DNA from: a virus
Taxonomy: Duplodnaviria > Caudoviricetes
Strand: one strand, 5' to 3'
IMG/VR virus record: IMGVR_UViG_3300037313_001127
Location: 1 to 41,738 of that record
DNA: 41,738 nt
The stretch's first letter is position 1. Each line of letters opens with the position of its first letter. The position numbers and the translations under genes were made by a program. Shown here piece after piece: positions 9,157-17,667 of the stretch. The notes beneath the pieces were generated by a model, which had not been told where the DNA came from, did no database searches, and saw only the letters and a program-made list of their open reading frames with translations.

Positions 9157-10719
9157 ATGCAGATCGCTCGCGTCCTTATGAACCCCGTTGTCGCCCTGGT
9201 GGACGGCATCGATGATCCGACCAAGCTCGCCTTGTCGGACGCGATGTCTTACATCGTCGAGGGCTACGAGCACATGGGGCTCGGCAGCTGGGATGGTCGC
9301 TCGACCCTCTACGACTGGCAGTCGGGCAAGTTTCCGGCGGGCTTCGTTCCCACCGCGCTCGCGATCCTCAATGACCGCGGCTACACCCCGCAGATCCACC
9401 GGCAGCCGTTGCCGCCTGCACAGGGACCGCTTCCCACGCCGGACGCACCGCTGGTCGATAGCTTCGCTCGCGACGACAACCGCGACTATCAGTTCAAGGC
9501 CATGCGCATTCTGGAGAAGCATGGGAGCTTCATCGCGCGCGTAGCAACTGGTGGTGGTAAGTCGCGCATCGCTGCGCTCTGTATCAAGCGCATTGGTCGC
9601 AAGACCGCGTTCATCACGACGCGTCAGGTGCTTCTCTATCAGATGGGTGAAGCGCTCGAAGAGGCTGGCTTCAAGGTCAGCTACTGCGGTGACGGCACCT
9701 GGGACACCTCCGGCGATGTCGTTCTGGCGATGGTTCAGACGCTGGCCGATCGCATCGGCGAGTATAAGCCCGATGTCCTCAAAATGACCGCGGCCGAGAT
9801 TAAGCTCGGCGCCGATCGCCACGAGCGTCGTGCCCAGGAAGCGCGCGACTTCATGGACACCGTGGAGTTCCTGATCGCCGAAGAAGCCCACGAGGCCGGC
9901 GGCAACAGCTATTTCGAGGTCTGCAAGGCGATGCGCAAGGCGCACTACCGTCTCGCGCTCACCGCGACCCCTCTGATGCGCGACGGCGAAAGCAACGCGC
10001 GCCTGGTCGGGATGTTTGGCCCGATCCGGCTGGAGGTCAGCGAGCAGATGCTGATCGAGCGCGGCATTCTCGCGCGTCCCTATTTCAAGTTCATCCCGAT
10101 TGGTCCGAAAGAGCAGCCGCCGACGCTTCGTCGCGGCACCAACTGGCAGAAGGCTGAAGAGCAGGGCGTGGTCACCAACCACTACCGCAACAAGTGCGGC
10201 GTGGCAGAGGTCATTCGCGCGTCCCGCTGGGGCTTGTCTGCGATGATGCTCGTGAAGCGCCAGAAGCACGGCAAGATTCTGCACGAAATGCTCAAGCAGT
10301 ATGGGCTGCGCGGCACCTACATCTTCGGCGAGAGCAACAAGGACAAGCGTGACGACGCGCTCAACAAGCTGCGCAACGGCACCTACGACTATGTGATCGG
10401 CTCGACCATTCTCGATGTCGGCGTCGACGTTCCAGGCATTGGCGTCCTGGTGATGATGGGCGGCGGTAAGGCCGAGGTTGCCATCCGCCAGCGTATCGGC
10501 CGTGGTCTCCGCGGCAAGAAGCCACCGATGCCGAATGCCGCGTTCGTGGTCGACTTCGAGGACGGGAACAACAAGCACCTGATCTCGCACTCGAAGCAGC
10601 GCCGCGCGATCGTCGAGCAGACGCCTGGTTTCGTCGAGGGTATCATCCCTCGCGGCAAAGACTTTGACTTCGCTGGCCTTGGTTTCCGGCCGGCGGCACC
10701 CGTAGGAATGGCAGCATGA
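9157..10719 (+). CDS. Superfamily 2 helicase
   Basis: ATGGGKS, EEAH (variant DEAH), TAT, GVDVP, QRIGRGLR. Confidence 0.9.
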   Translation: MQIARVLMNPVVALVDGIDDPTKLALSDAMSYIVEGYEHMGLGSWDGRSTLYDWQSGKFPAGFVPTALAILNDRGYTPQIHRQPLPPAQGPLPTPDAPLVDSFARDDNRDYQFKAMRILEKHGSFIARVATGGGKSRIAALCIKRIGRKTAFITTRQVLLYQMGEALEEAGFKVSYCGDGTWDTSGDVVLAMVQTLADRIGEYKPDVLKMTAAEIKLGADRHERRAQEARDFMDTVEFLIAEEAHEAGGNSYFEVCKAMRKAHYRLALTATPLMRDGESNARLVGMFGPIRLEVSEQMLIERGILARPYFKFIPIGPKEQPPTLRRGTNWQKAEEQGVVTNHYRNKCGVAEVIRASRWGLSAMMLVKRQKHGKILHEMLKQYGLRGTYIFGESNKDKRDDALNKLRNGTYDYVIGSTILDVGVDVPGIGVLVMMGGGKAEVAIRQRIGRGLRGKKPPMPNAAFVVDFEDGNNKHLISHSKQRRAIVEQTPGFVEGIIPRGKDFDFAGLGFRPAAPVGMAA

Positions 10720-11000
10720 AGAAACTCCAAATCGATCTCGCGCTGCGGACTGTCACGACCAAGGTGAGCGTGGGTGCGTGGGACCATGCACAGAAGCTCA
10801 AGGACCAGGTGGGCTGTCGCCTGTCTGATGTCGTCTCCGCGGCGATCCTGCTGCTGACCAGGGAACGGCTCGAAGCCATCATGAACCTGCAGAACAAGGC
10901 GCTCGCGGATCTCCCCAAGCCTGTCCAGCAGCTGCTCAAGAACATCGACCAGCTTTCCGACGCCGACCGCAAAGCGCTCCGCGACCTGCTCGATCAATAA
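10716..11000 (+). CDS. Hypothetical protein (possible ribbon-helix-helix)
   Basis: ATGA-coupled to helicase; strand-helix-helix pattern. Confidence 0.55.
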   Translation: MKKLQIDLALRTVTTKVSVGAWDHAQKLKDQVGCRLSDVVSAAILLLTRERLEAIMNLQNKALADLPKPVQQLLKNIDQLSDADRKALRDLLDQ

Positions 11001-11096
11001 TTTTCACCTGCCGCCCATTTTTCTGTTGCTTAAGTGAATGTGTGTCGTTACACATGCACTCATTGAAGCAGAAGAAGCACAGGAAAGGGCATTTAA

Positions 11097-11372
11097 ATGA
11101 ATCTGCTGATCTCGATTGTGGTTCTCGCTCTGCAGCGAGTTCCCTTTGTGAACCAGATCCCCGCAATTCGTGACGCGGGGACTATCGAGCGGGCAATTTC
11201 CGGTCTGAACAAGGCCGTCGCCAAGCTCGAAGATGTTGCTGCCAACCAGTCCGCTGCGGCGGCCGACAAGGCAGCAGCGATCAAGGTGCTCGAAGCCGAG
11301 CACAGCGCGGCCCTTGAGGTCGCGGCGCGCGCGAAGCGGGTCGCCGGCAAAGTCGCCGATCTAGTCGCGTAA
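11097..11372 (+). CDS. Hypothetical protein with hydrophobic N-terminus and coiled coil
   Basis: ORF with upstream motif-bearing intergenic region, coupled to the next gene. Confidence 0.6.
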   Translation: MNLLISIVVLALQRVPFVNQIPAIRDAGTIERAISGLNKAVAKLEDVAANQSAAAADKAAAIKVLEAEHSAALEVAARAKRVAGKVADLVA

Positions 11373-12004
11373 TGGAACGCTGCGTCGTGGACACCCCGAT
11401 CCAAATGCCCCTCCCCCCGATGATCGGGATCTGTGGCTATCCCAAGCACGGAAAGTCCACGGCGCAGCGGTTTCTCGCGCTGCTCGGTGTTGAGCCCCGC
11501 GATGATGCAGAGGCGCTCCGTCGAGGCGCGATGGAAGAGTTCGGTCTCACCCATGAACAGGTGACCACCCAGGAGGGGAAAGCACAGCTTTGTCAGGCTT
11601 TCGGTCAGACCATGACCGTTCGCCAAGCGCTCGGCGATTACGGCCAGGTCTACGAGCGTAAGTATGGCCCGAATTACTGGGTCGAAATGGCTGTGGAGCA
11701 GTTGCGAGCGGAACGGGTTCAGCATCCCATATCGTTTGGTAGCCTACGGCGCTCGCAACCCTCCGTCATCAAGGCCAACGGCGGCTTCGTTCTCGCGATC
11801 AACAACCCCGATGGGCCGGCGGTCATCCACGACTTCGATCACTACGACTACGACTATGTGGACAACATGGTCTTCAACGACAGTTCGTTGATGGATCTCG
11901 CCACGCGCGTCCTGATCGCGGTGACCCCCTACCTCAAGATCGACGGTAAGACCGCCGACGCTGCCCTCGACGCGTTCGAGAAAGAGGTCGGCTATGGCGC
12001 CTGA
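11372..12004 (+). CDS. Deoxynucleoside monophosphate kinase-like P-loop protein
   Basis: IGICGYPKHGKST, VRQAL..YG..YERKYGPNYWV. Confidence 0.7.
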   Translation: MERCVVDTPIQMPLPPMIGICGYPKHGKSTAQRFLALLGVEPRDDAEALRRGAMEEFGLTHEQVTTQEGKAQLCQAFGQTMTVRQALGDYGQVYERKYGPNYWVEMAVEQLRAERVQHPISFGSLRRSQPSVIKANGGFVLAINNPDGPAVIHDFDHYDYDYVDNMVFNDSSLMDLATRVLIAVTPYLKIDGKTADAALDAFEKEVGYGA

Positions 12005-12248
12005 CTTCTCCCGCGCTCTGCTGCGCAACGATGTCGCGCTGCTCGACGACATGGGCACCGCTGACAACACGCTCGCAACGCTCGCTGCAGACCACGCAGA
12101 CCGCACCAAGACGCTGCTCGAAGCTATCCAGTGCCCCTCATACGCTCGCGCTATCGCTCTCTCGATCTCGCAGAAGCTGCTCGACTGCGCGAAGGGCATC
12201 GACGCTCGAACCGTCCAGGAACCGGAGCTCGTCAATGTTGGGGTTTAA
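11994..12248 (+). CDS. Hypothetical protein
   Basis: GAGG SD, overlaps neighbouring genes. Confidence 0.5.
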   Translation: MAPDFSRALLRNDVALLDDMGTADNTLATLAADHADRTKTLLEAIQCPSYARAIALSISQKLLDCAKGIDARTVQEPELVNVGV

Positions 12249-12678
12249 GAACCGCCCACGTTGGCTCGGCCGGCTGCCGGAGCTCGATGCGGAGATCGTC
12301 GTCGAGGAAATCCCTGGCGAGTTCGACGCCGAGGAGCACCGCTATTCCGAGATCCTGCCGGCCGCTGGCTCGCTCGAAGAGTTCCTCGCGCAGAACACGA
12401 TCAACGACAAGGCGCTGATCGAGAGGCTCGAAGGAGACTTGGCCGAAGCGTTCAGGCTGCTTGCCTGGCAGGGTCAGACGATCGCCGCGGCACGCGCCTT
12501 CGTCGAGCTCGTCGGCTCGACTTACGTCAAGACTGGGGAGCCAGTCTTCAAGACGACGCAGGGCGAAGATTCCCTCGTCGCCGAAACCCTCAACCACCGC
12601 TTCAGCGATCTCGCGGCGCTGCTCAATCAGGGCACGCGTCCAGTCCCGCCGAAGCTCGCACAAGGAACCGTTCACTAA
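12235..12678 (+). CDS. Hypothetical protein
   Basis: ATG 12235 with GGAG SD; TAATG coupling to the next gene. Confidence 0.55.
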   Translation: MLGFKNRPRWLGRLPELDAEIVVEEIPGEFDAEEHRYSEILPAAGSLEEFLAQNTINDKALIERLEGDLAEAFRLLAWQGQTIAAARAFVELVGSTYVKTGEPVFKTTQGEDSLVAETLNHRFSDLAALLNQGTRPVPPKLAQGTVH

Positions 12679-13166
12679 TGACTGCTCTTCCTGGTCTCGC
12701 GCTCGGCCCGATCGCCGGCCTCGCCCTTCGTTTCCCTGGCGCCGCCAAGTTCCTGTTCGGCTGCGGCAAGTTCTTCAAGAAGAACTGGAAGCAGGTGCTC
12801 GTGGGTCTTGCTATCGTCGCTGCATGCGTTTCAGCCTACACATACGTCAAGCATGTCGAGAAGGTCTCGTATGCCAACGGGTTCGGCGCTGCGCAGGCGC
12901 AGGCCAGAGCCCAGGTCGAGGCCGCGAACAAGCGCGCTGACGCCGACAACACCCAGTTGAAACTCCTGCAGCAGCGCTACGCGGCCCTGTCCGTCCAGCG
13001 CCAGCAGCAGGTGAAAATCGTCACCCAAACCAAGATCGAAAGGATCCACGATGAAGTTCAGAGCAATCCTGTGTATCGCCAGTGCGCTCTCACTGATGGC
13101 GTGCTCGACGACCTCCAAGCTGTCGCTGCCGCCGTCAACTCCAGTATCGGCTCCAGCCAGCACTGA
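12678..13166 (+). CDS. Inner-membrane spanin (Rz-like)
   Basis: N-terminal TM, periplasmic coiled coil, C-terminal VYRQC motif; overlapped by a lipoprotein gene. Confidence 0.7.
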   Translation: MTALPGLALGPIAGLALRFPGAAKFLFGCGKFFKKNWKQVLVGLAIVAACVSAYTYVKHVEKVSYANGFGAAQAQARAQVEAANKRADADNTQLKLLQQRYAALSVQRQQQVKIVTQTKIERIHDEVQSNPVYRQCALTDGVLDDLQAVAAAVNSSIGSSQH

Positions 13167-13350
13167 CACGGCGCCGGTCGAGAAGGTCCAGCCGCTGCAG
13201 AACGGCGAGATGGGCACTCTCACCAACGCCTACGCCACGTTGCTTCAGCAGTATGGAACGCTCGGCGTGAGGTTCAACACCTTCCGTGAGTTCTACGACT
13301 GCGTTCGCAAGCAGATCAACGACCACAAGCCGGCTGAAAGCTGCCTCTAA
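13051..13350 (+). CDS. Outer-membrane spanin lipoprotein (Rz1-like)
   Basis: Lipobox LMAC, Pro-rich linker, overlaps the 3' end of the Rz-like gene in another frame. Confidence 0.7.
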   Translation: MKFRAILCIASALSLMACSTTSKLSLPPSTPVSAPASTDTAPVEKVQPLQNGEMGTLTNAYATLLQQYGTLGVRFNTFREFYDCVRKQINDHKPAESCL

Positions 13351-13616
13351 TGCTCGGATTTGCCGCCGCTTGTGCAGCGCTCGGTGCTTTCATCGCGGTC
13401 GGGACCGTCTCGCTCTGTGCGGGATATATCCTGGCCGTGACCGTCCTCGATCGGTTCTCGAAGACCGTGCTCGGAACACACGTTCGGCACTTCTTCGTCC
13501 GCATCGCACCGGCGAAGCGCTTCGAGGATGGTGACCAGGCTTACATTCGCCGGATCATTCTCGACGATCTCAAGCGGAACGGCAGCAAGATTCGCGAGGC
13601 GCTGCGTCGTGACTAA
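13350..13616 (+). CDS. Hypothetical membrane protein
   Basis: TAATG coupling, N-terminal TM. Confidence 0.5.
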   Translation: MLGFAAACAALGAFIAVGTVSLCAGYILAVTVLDRFSKTVLGTHVRHFFVRIAPAKRFEDGDQAYIRRIILDDLKRNGSKIREALRRD

Positions 13617-13803
13617 GCGTCTCTTCTGGTTTGTCGCTGGGCTCGCGCTCGGTCTGACTGCGCCGGCCACCGCCGGCGAGGTCTACCTGAAATGCGCTCC
13701 GGCGATGCGCGAAACCTGGAGCGAGTCCTGTCAGCACGACAACGCCCTCGCGACCTATTTCCACCACCAAGGACAAATCCCCAGCAGGTGCAAAATATCA
13801 TGA
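13609..13803 (+). CDS. Small secreted hypothetical protein
   Basis: GTG start, signal-peptide-like N-terminus. Confidence 0.4.
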   Translation: MTKRLFWFVAGLALGLTAPATAGEVYLKCAPAMRETWSESCQHDNALATYFHHQGQIPSRCKIS

Positions 13804-14015
13804 GTTACGGACCCAGCCCCACCCTGATCGACGAGCTCGATCCATTCGATGTGAAACCGACGCTCGAACAGGTCGAGCAGGCGAAGCGCGAGCTCCATGA
13901 GCGCTACAGCAAGGAGGAATTGCTGCAGCTGAAGTCGCTGGCCGACAAGCTGCGCACCCCGATGAACCGCAAGGCTCGGCGCGCTCTCCAGTCGCGTCTG
14001 CGGAGGGCCGCATGA
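13800..14015 (+). CDS. Hypothetical protein
   Basis: ATGA coupling, MSYGPSPT start. Confidence 0.5.
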   Translation: MSYGPSPTLIDELDPFDVKPTLEQVEQAKRELHERYSKEELLQLKSLADKLRTPMNRKARRALQSRLRRAA

Positions 14016-14164
14016 CCACGCGCATCTGGAGCCCCTACGGCAAGTGCCCCAAGTGCGGCGCCTGGGGCGTCATGCGCGAGCGTCGGCCGAACGGCAACGA
14101 CGAGTGCGAGAACGGCTGCAAGTATCCGTCGAGGGACGCGATTCCCCAGGAGAAGGGCGAGTGA
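14012..14164 (+). CDS. Small zinc-ribbon protein
   Basis: Hand translation MTTRIWSPYGKCPKCGAWGVMRERRPNGNDECENGCKY...; GGAGG SD. Confidence 0.55.
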   Translation: MTTRIWSPYGKCPKCGAWGVMRERRPNGNDECENGCKYPSRDAIPQEKGE

Positions 14165-14298
14165 TGTGGCAGTTCGGCAACCTGTCCTTCTGGATCTGGC
14201 TCGCCGAGAACTACTCGCCGGCGGCTTACACTCGCGCCTGGTTTCGCGAGTGGCCCCGCAAGCGCGTGGATAGTGACACACACGCAGAAAAGCGTTGA
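14164..14298 (+). CDS. Small hypothetical protein
   Basis: TGATG coupling, MWQFGNLSF. Confidence 0.35.
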   Translation: MWQFGNLSFWIWLAENYSPAAYTRAWFREWPRKRVDSDTHAEKR

Positions 14299-14330
14299 CG
14301 CCTAATGCATGCATGTCTAACGACACACGC

Positions 14331-14783
14331 ATGCCCGCCACCGCACGAGTGATTCCCTTCGAGGAAATCCAGCAATATCAGTCGCCCATTGCGTCGGGCG
14401 ACCAATGTGTTATTGCACATGCAGCAGCGAATCCAGAGCGGGAGCACCTGACGCGCAGCGATATTGCGAAGGAGCTGAAAATCAGCGCCAAGCAGGCTGG
14501 GCGTCTCATGGACCAAATGGTGTGCGTGCCGATCGGTAGCACCCATCGACGCGTCTCCCGCGCGGAGTTCGATGCCTGGAAGACTAGGCAACGGGAGGCG
14601 CGGAAATGCCGGAAGACGCAAAACAACCCATCGGTAAAAGGCCCAAGAACTGTTACGCGAAGCCGAACAGTCCCTACTGGTATTGCTCCCTTGCCGTCCG
14701 TGGGCAGAGGTTCGATGGCTCAACGAGTTGCCGCACGGCTCGCCAAGCAGAAGAGTTCGTCGCCGCCAAGCGAGCCGAGCTAA
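14331..14783 (+). CDS. Excisionase-like HTH protein
   Basis: LTRSDIAKELKIS...RRVSRAEFDAW; overlaps the integrase 5' end; start uncertain. Confidence 0.65.
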   Translation: MPATARVIPFEEIQQYQSPIASGDQCVIAHAAANPEREHLTRSDIAKELKISAKQAGRLMDQMVCVPIGSTHRRVSRAEFDAWKTRQREARKCRKTQNNPSVKGPRTVTRSRTVPTGIAPLPSVGRGSMAQRVAARLAKQKSSSPPSEPS

Positions 14784-15862
14784 AGCGCCAGGCCGATGTG
14801 ATCGAGGGCAAGGCGCCCCCGCTCGCGACCAACGACATCAGCGCGATTAAGCTCGGCGATGCGGTCGAGAAATACGAGAACGACAAGGCGTGTCGCATGT
14901 CGTCGTTCAAGGATATGCAGCGCATGGGGGAGAGCCTGTGCGTTGAGCTCGGCGTCGATACCTGGCTCCACACGCTGACCCACCGCGATCTGCAGAAATA
15001 CTACGACACGCGCCGCTCGACGATCAGCATTCGCAAGAAGCCGCTCTCCGGCGCCAGTGTGAATCGCGAGATCGCCTACATGCGCCAGGTCTGGAAGCAC
15101 GCCAAGCGCAATGGCTTCCTGGTGGGTATCGAGCCAGAGTGGGGCGAGATCATCGACATGACCGCCGAGACGGTGCGCATCCGCGAGCTCAAGCCGGACG
15201 AGGAAGAGCGGCTGTTCCGCACTCTCCTGGATCTCTACCCCGACATGGCACCCCTGGTGGAGTTCGCGCTCCTGTCGGGACAGCGCAAGTCAGCCTGCAC
15301 CGGCCTCAAGTGGGACGATGTGAACCTGATCGACATGGAGGCGACCTTCGTCATGAAAACGAAGGGTCAGCTCAAGCGCCGGCACACCATCCCGCTCACC
15401 GACCGAATGGTTGAGATCATCGAGTCGCAGCCGCATGTCGAGGGCGTCGAGCAGGTCTTCACCTATGTCTGTGTCCGCGGCGGTCGCAAGGCCGAGGGCC
15501 AGCATCGCGTCGTCGGCGAGCGCTATCCCTACACGCCTTGGGGCTGGCGCGATCGGTGGCAGGAAGTCCTCGAAGAGGCGCGCGTCTCCGACTTCCGGTT
15601 CCACGATCTGCGACACACGACCGCGACGAGGATCCTGCGCGAGACCAACAATCTCGTGATCGCCCAGCGGCTGCTCGGACACACCGACATTGCCACGACC
15701 AAGCGCTATGCTCACGCCAACCTCGACGATGTGCGCCAGGGTCTCAACACGGTTGCTGCGCGCAAGGCCGAGAAGCTCGCGGCGCGGCCGGTAGTCGAAG
15801 AGCCGGCGAATGCCGGCGATAATGTGGTGACGGTCGATTTCACTCGTCGCAGGGCGTCATAA
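14606..15862 (+). CDS. int: Tyrosine integrase
   Basis: SGQR catalytic Arg, RFHDLRHT, LLGH...TKRY; N-terminal arm-binding-type domain. Confidence 0.95.
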   Translation: MPEDAKQPIGKRPKNCYAKPNSPYWYCSLAVRGQRFDGSTSCRTARQAEEFVAAKRAELKRQADVIEGKAPPLATNDISAIKLGDAVEKYENDKACRMSSFKDMQRMGESLCVELGVDTWLHTLTHRDLQKYYDTRRSTISIRKKPLSGASVNREIAYMRQVWKHAKRNGFLVGIEPEWGEIIDMTAETVRIRELKPDEEERLFRTLLDLYPDMAPLVEFALLSGQRKSACTGLKWDDVNLIDMEATFVMKTKGQLKRRHTIPLTDRMVEIIESQPHVEGVEQVFTYVCVRGGRKAEGQHRVVGERYPYTPWGWRDRWQEVLEEARVSDFRFHDLRHTTATRILRETNNLVIAQRLLGHTDIATTKRYAHANLDDVRQGLNTVAARKAEKLAARPVVEEPANAGDNVVTVDFTRRRAS

Positions 15863-15864
15863 AG

Positions 15865-16106
15865 CACTGAACTTTCACTGAAATTAGCGCTTCTGCTAAA
15901 ATCACTGAAGTCTAAGTGACTGATGTCGAAGCGCTTTTTCGCTCAATGCTTCGGATTAAAAGACCGTAGGTCTATCTCCCAAATACCCCTGAAAACTGCG
16001 GTTTTCTGCGGTTTTCGACCACCCCCGAAAGGGACTGGAGGGACTGGAAGGGACTGAATGGGCTCAAAAATCACTGAACTTTCACTGAAATACTGAACTC
16101 ACTGAA
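15865..16106. other. attP region (arm repeats, candidate core, Xis-type repeats)
   Basis: 20-bp direct repeat CACTGAACTTTCACTGAAAT at 15865 and 16072; further YACTGAA at 15903, 16091, 16100; GGGACTG at 16031, 16040, 16050; GATTAAAAG at 15954. Confidence 0.75.
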
Positions 16107-16149
16107 CACGGTTGCGGGGCGAAGGCAAGCGCCCTAATTCGACTCGCGT

Positions 16150-16225
16150 GGGCCGGTAGCTCAATTGGTAGAGCGGCAGACTTTTAATCTGCAGGTCGCG
16201 GGTTCGATTCCCGCCCGGCTCACCA
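16150..16225 (+). tRNA. tRNA-Lys(UUU)
   Basis: 76 nt cloverleaf: GGGCCGG/CCGGCTC acceptor stem, anticodon arm GCAGA-CTTTTAA-TCTGC, GTTCGA T-loop, encoded CCA. Confidence 0.96.
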
Positions 16226-16227
16226 TT

Positions 16228-16291
16228 TTCCCGATCGGGAAGATTGTCCGAAATTTGTATACATTTTTGGGACAGAGTTCCCGATCGGGAA
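16228..16291. repeat. 64-bp imperfect palindrome containing two copies of TTCCCGATCGGGAA
   Basis: Centred on TGTA|TACA; the 14-bp palindrome occurs at 16228 and 16278. Confidence 0.8.
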
Positions 16292-16320
16292 GTCGCATAG
16301 AGAAACACACGCTTGCCACC

Positions 16321-16359
16321 TTGACCGCTCGCGCGCGTATGCTAAACGACACGCACAAA
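16321..16359 (+). promoter_or_regulatory. Sigma70-type promoter of rtcB overlapped by the 24-bp motif
   Basis: TTGACC-16-TAAACG (GCTANA alphaproteobacterial style); same architecture at 14295, 17613 and 22317. Confidence 0.6.
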
Positions 16360-16373
16360 GAGAAAGGGCATAG

Positions 16374-17591
16374 ATGTTTAGCGTTCACGAGACCGGCCGC
16401 GCGCCGTTGAAGCTGTGGGACAGCCACGCTCCGTTCGAGGGTGGGGCGATGCAGCAGCTGCGCAATATCGCGAGCCTTCCGTTCATTCACAGCCATGTCG
16501 CCGGCATGCCGGACGTTCACATGGGCAAGGGCGCGACCATCGGCTCGGTGATCGCGACGAAGCAGGCAATCGTTCCCGCCGCGGTTGGTGTGGACATCGG
16601 CTGCGGCATGATGGCCTGGCGCACCACGATCACGGCCGACCAGCTGCCGGATAACCTGGATGCGCTGCGCGCCGAGATTGAGCGCGTCGTGCCGAAGGGG
16701 TTCGAGAGCACCCAAGGCTGCAACTTCACCAAGGGCGGCTGGACGATCACGCCGAACGCGATCTCGAAGATTTGGTATGACAGCTTCGAGGCTCGCTGGC
16801 GCGACATCGTTGCCAAGCACCCGAAGGTCGACGGCAAGACCACCGACCAGCTTGGGTCGATGGGCGGCGGCAACCACTTCATCGAGCTCTGCCTCGACGA
16901 GGACAATCGTCTGTGGGTCATGCTGCACAGCGGCTCGCGCGGCACCGGCAATCGCATCGGCACCTATTTCATCGACAAGGCGAAAGAGCTGATGGAGCGG
17001 AACCACATCAACTTCTTCCTGCCGGACAAGGATCTCGCTTACCTGGCCGAGGGCTCGCCGGAGTTCGACGACTACATCGAGGCCATGACCTTCGCGCAGG
17101 ACTACGCGATGAAGAACCGCGAGATCATGATGAGCCGCGTGATGCAGGTGCTTCGAGACAATCTGCCGGCGTTCAAGACCGACAAACAGGCGATCAACTG
17201 CCACCACAATTACGCGACCAAGGAACACCACTTCGGCGCGAACGTGTGGGTGACCCGCAAGGGAGCGGTGCGCGCTCGCGAGGGTGATCTCGGCATCATC
17301 CCTGGCTCGATGGGCACCGGCAGCTTCATCGTGCGCGGCCTGGGTAACGCCGACAGCTTCTGTAGCTGCTCGCACGGCGCCGGCCGCGTCATGAGCCGCA
17401 CCAAGGCCAAGGAACTGATCTCGCTCGACCAGCACAAGGAAGCGATGAAGGGTATCTCCGCTCGCACCGACGCTGGAGTGATCGACGAGAGTCCCGCGGC
17501 CTACAAGGACATCGGCGCCGTCATGGACGCGCAGAAGGACTTGGTGGCGATCGAGCATCGCCTTCGCCAGATCGTCAACATCAAGGGGTAG
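16374..17591 (+). CDS. rtcB: RtcB RNA ligase (3'-phosphate/5'-OH)
   Basis: MPDVH, VGVDIGCG, GGGNHFIE, HSGSRG, HHNY, PGSMG, SHGAGR, AYKDI. Confidence 0.97.
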   Translation: MFSVHETGRAPLKLWDSHAPFEGGAMQQLRNIASLPFIHSHVAGMPDVHMGKGATIGSVIATKQAIVPAAVGVDIGCGMMAWRTTITADQLPDNLDALRAEIERVVPKGFESTQGCNFTKGGWTITPNAISKIWYDSFEARWRDIVAKHPKVDGKTTDQLGSMGGGNHFIELCLDEDNRLWVMLHSGSRGTGNRIGTYFIDKAKELMERNHINFFLPDKDLAYLAEGSPEFDDYIEAMTFAQDYAMKNREIMMSRVMQVLRDNLPAFKTDKQAINCHHNYATKEHHFGANVWVTRKGAVRAREGDLGIIPGSMGTGSFIVRGLGNADSFCSCSHGAGRVMSRTKAKELISLDQHKEAMKGISARTDAGVIDESPAAYKDIGAVMDAQKDLVAIEHRLRQIVNIKG

Positions 17592-17667
17592 CGCTTCCCG
17601 CGCTATCCCATGTTGACATGCGAAGCGCGCATGCTAAACAACACACACAACGTCACGAAAGGGCACC

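Noticed and set aside
7444-10590. Long antisense ORFs 7444..9105 (+) and 9049..10590 (-)
   Set aside because: Shadows of the ParB and helicase genes; long opposite-strand ORFs are expected at high GC and these show no motifs.
16150-16225. tRNA as a host attachment boundary (prophage end)
   Set aside because: Phage-type genes and the same 24-bp motif continue on both sides, and arm repeats flank an intact core.
16099-16410. ORFs 16099..16308 (-) and 16165..16410 (+)
   Set aside because: Translations across the tRNA-Lys gene.
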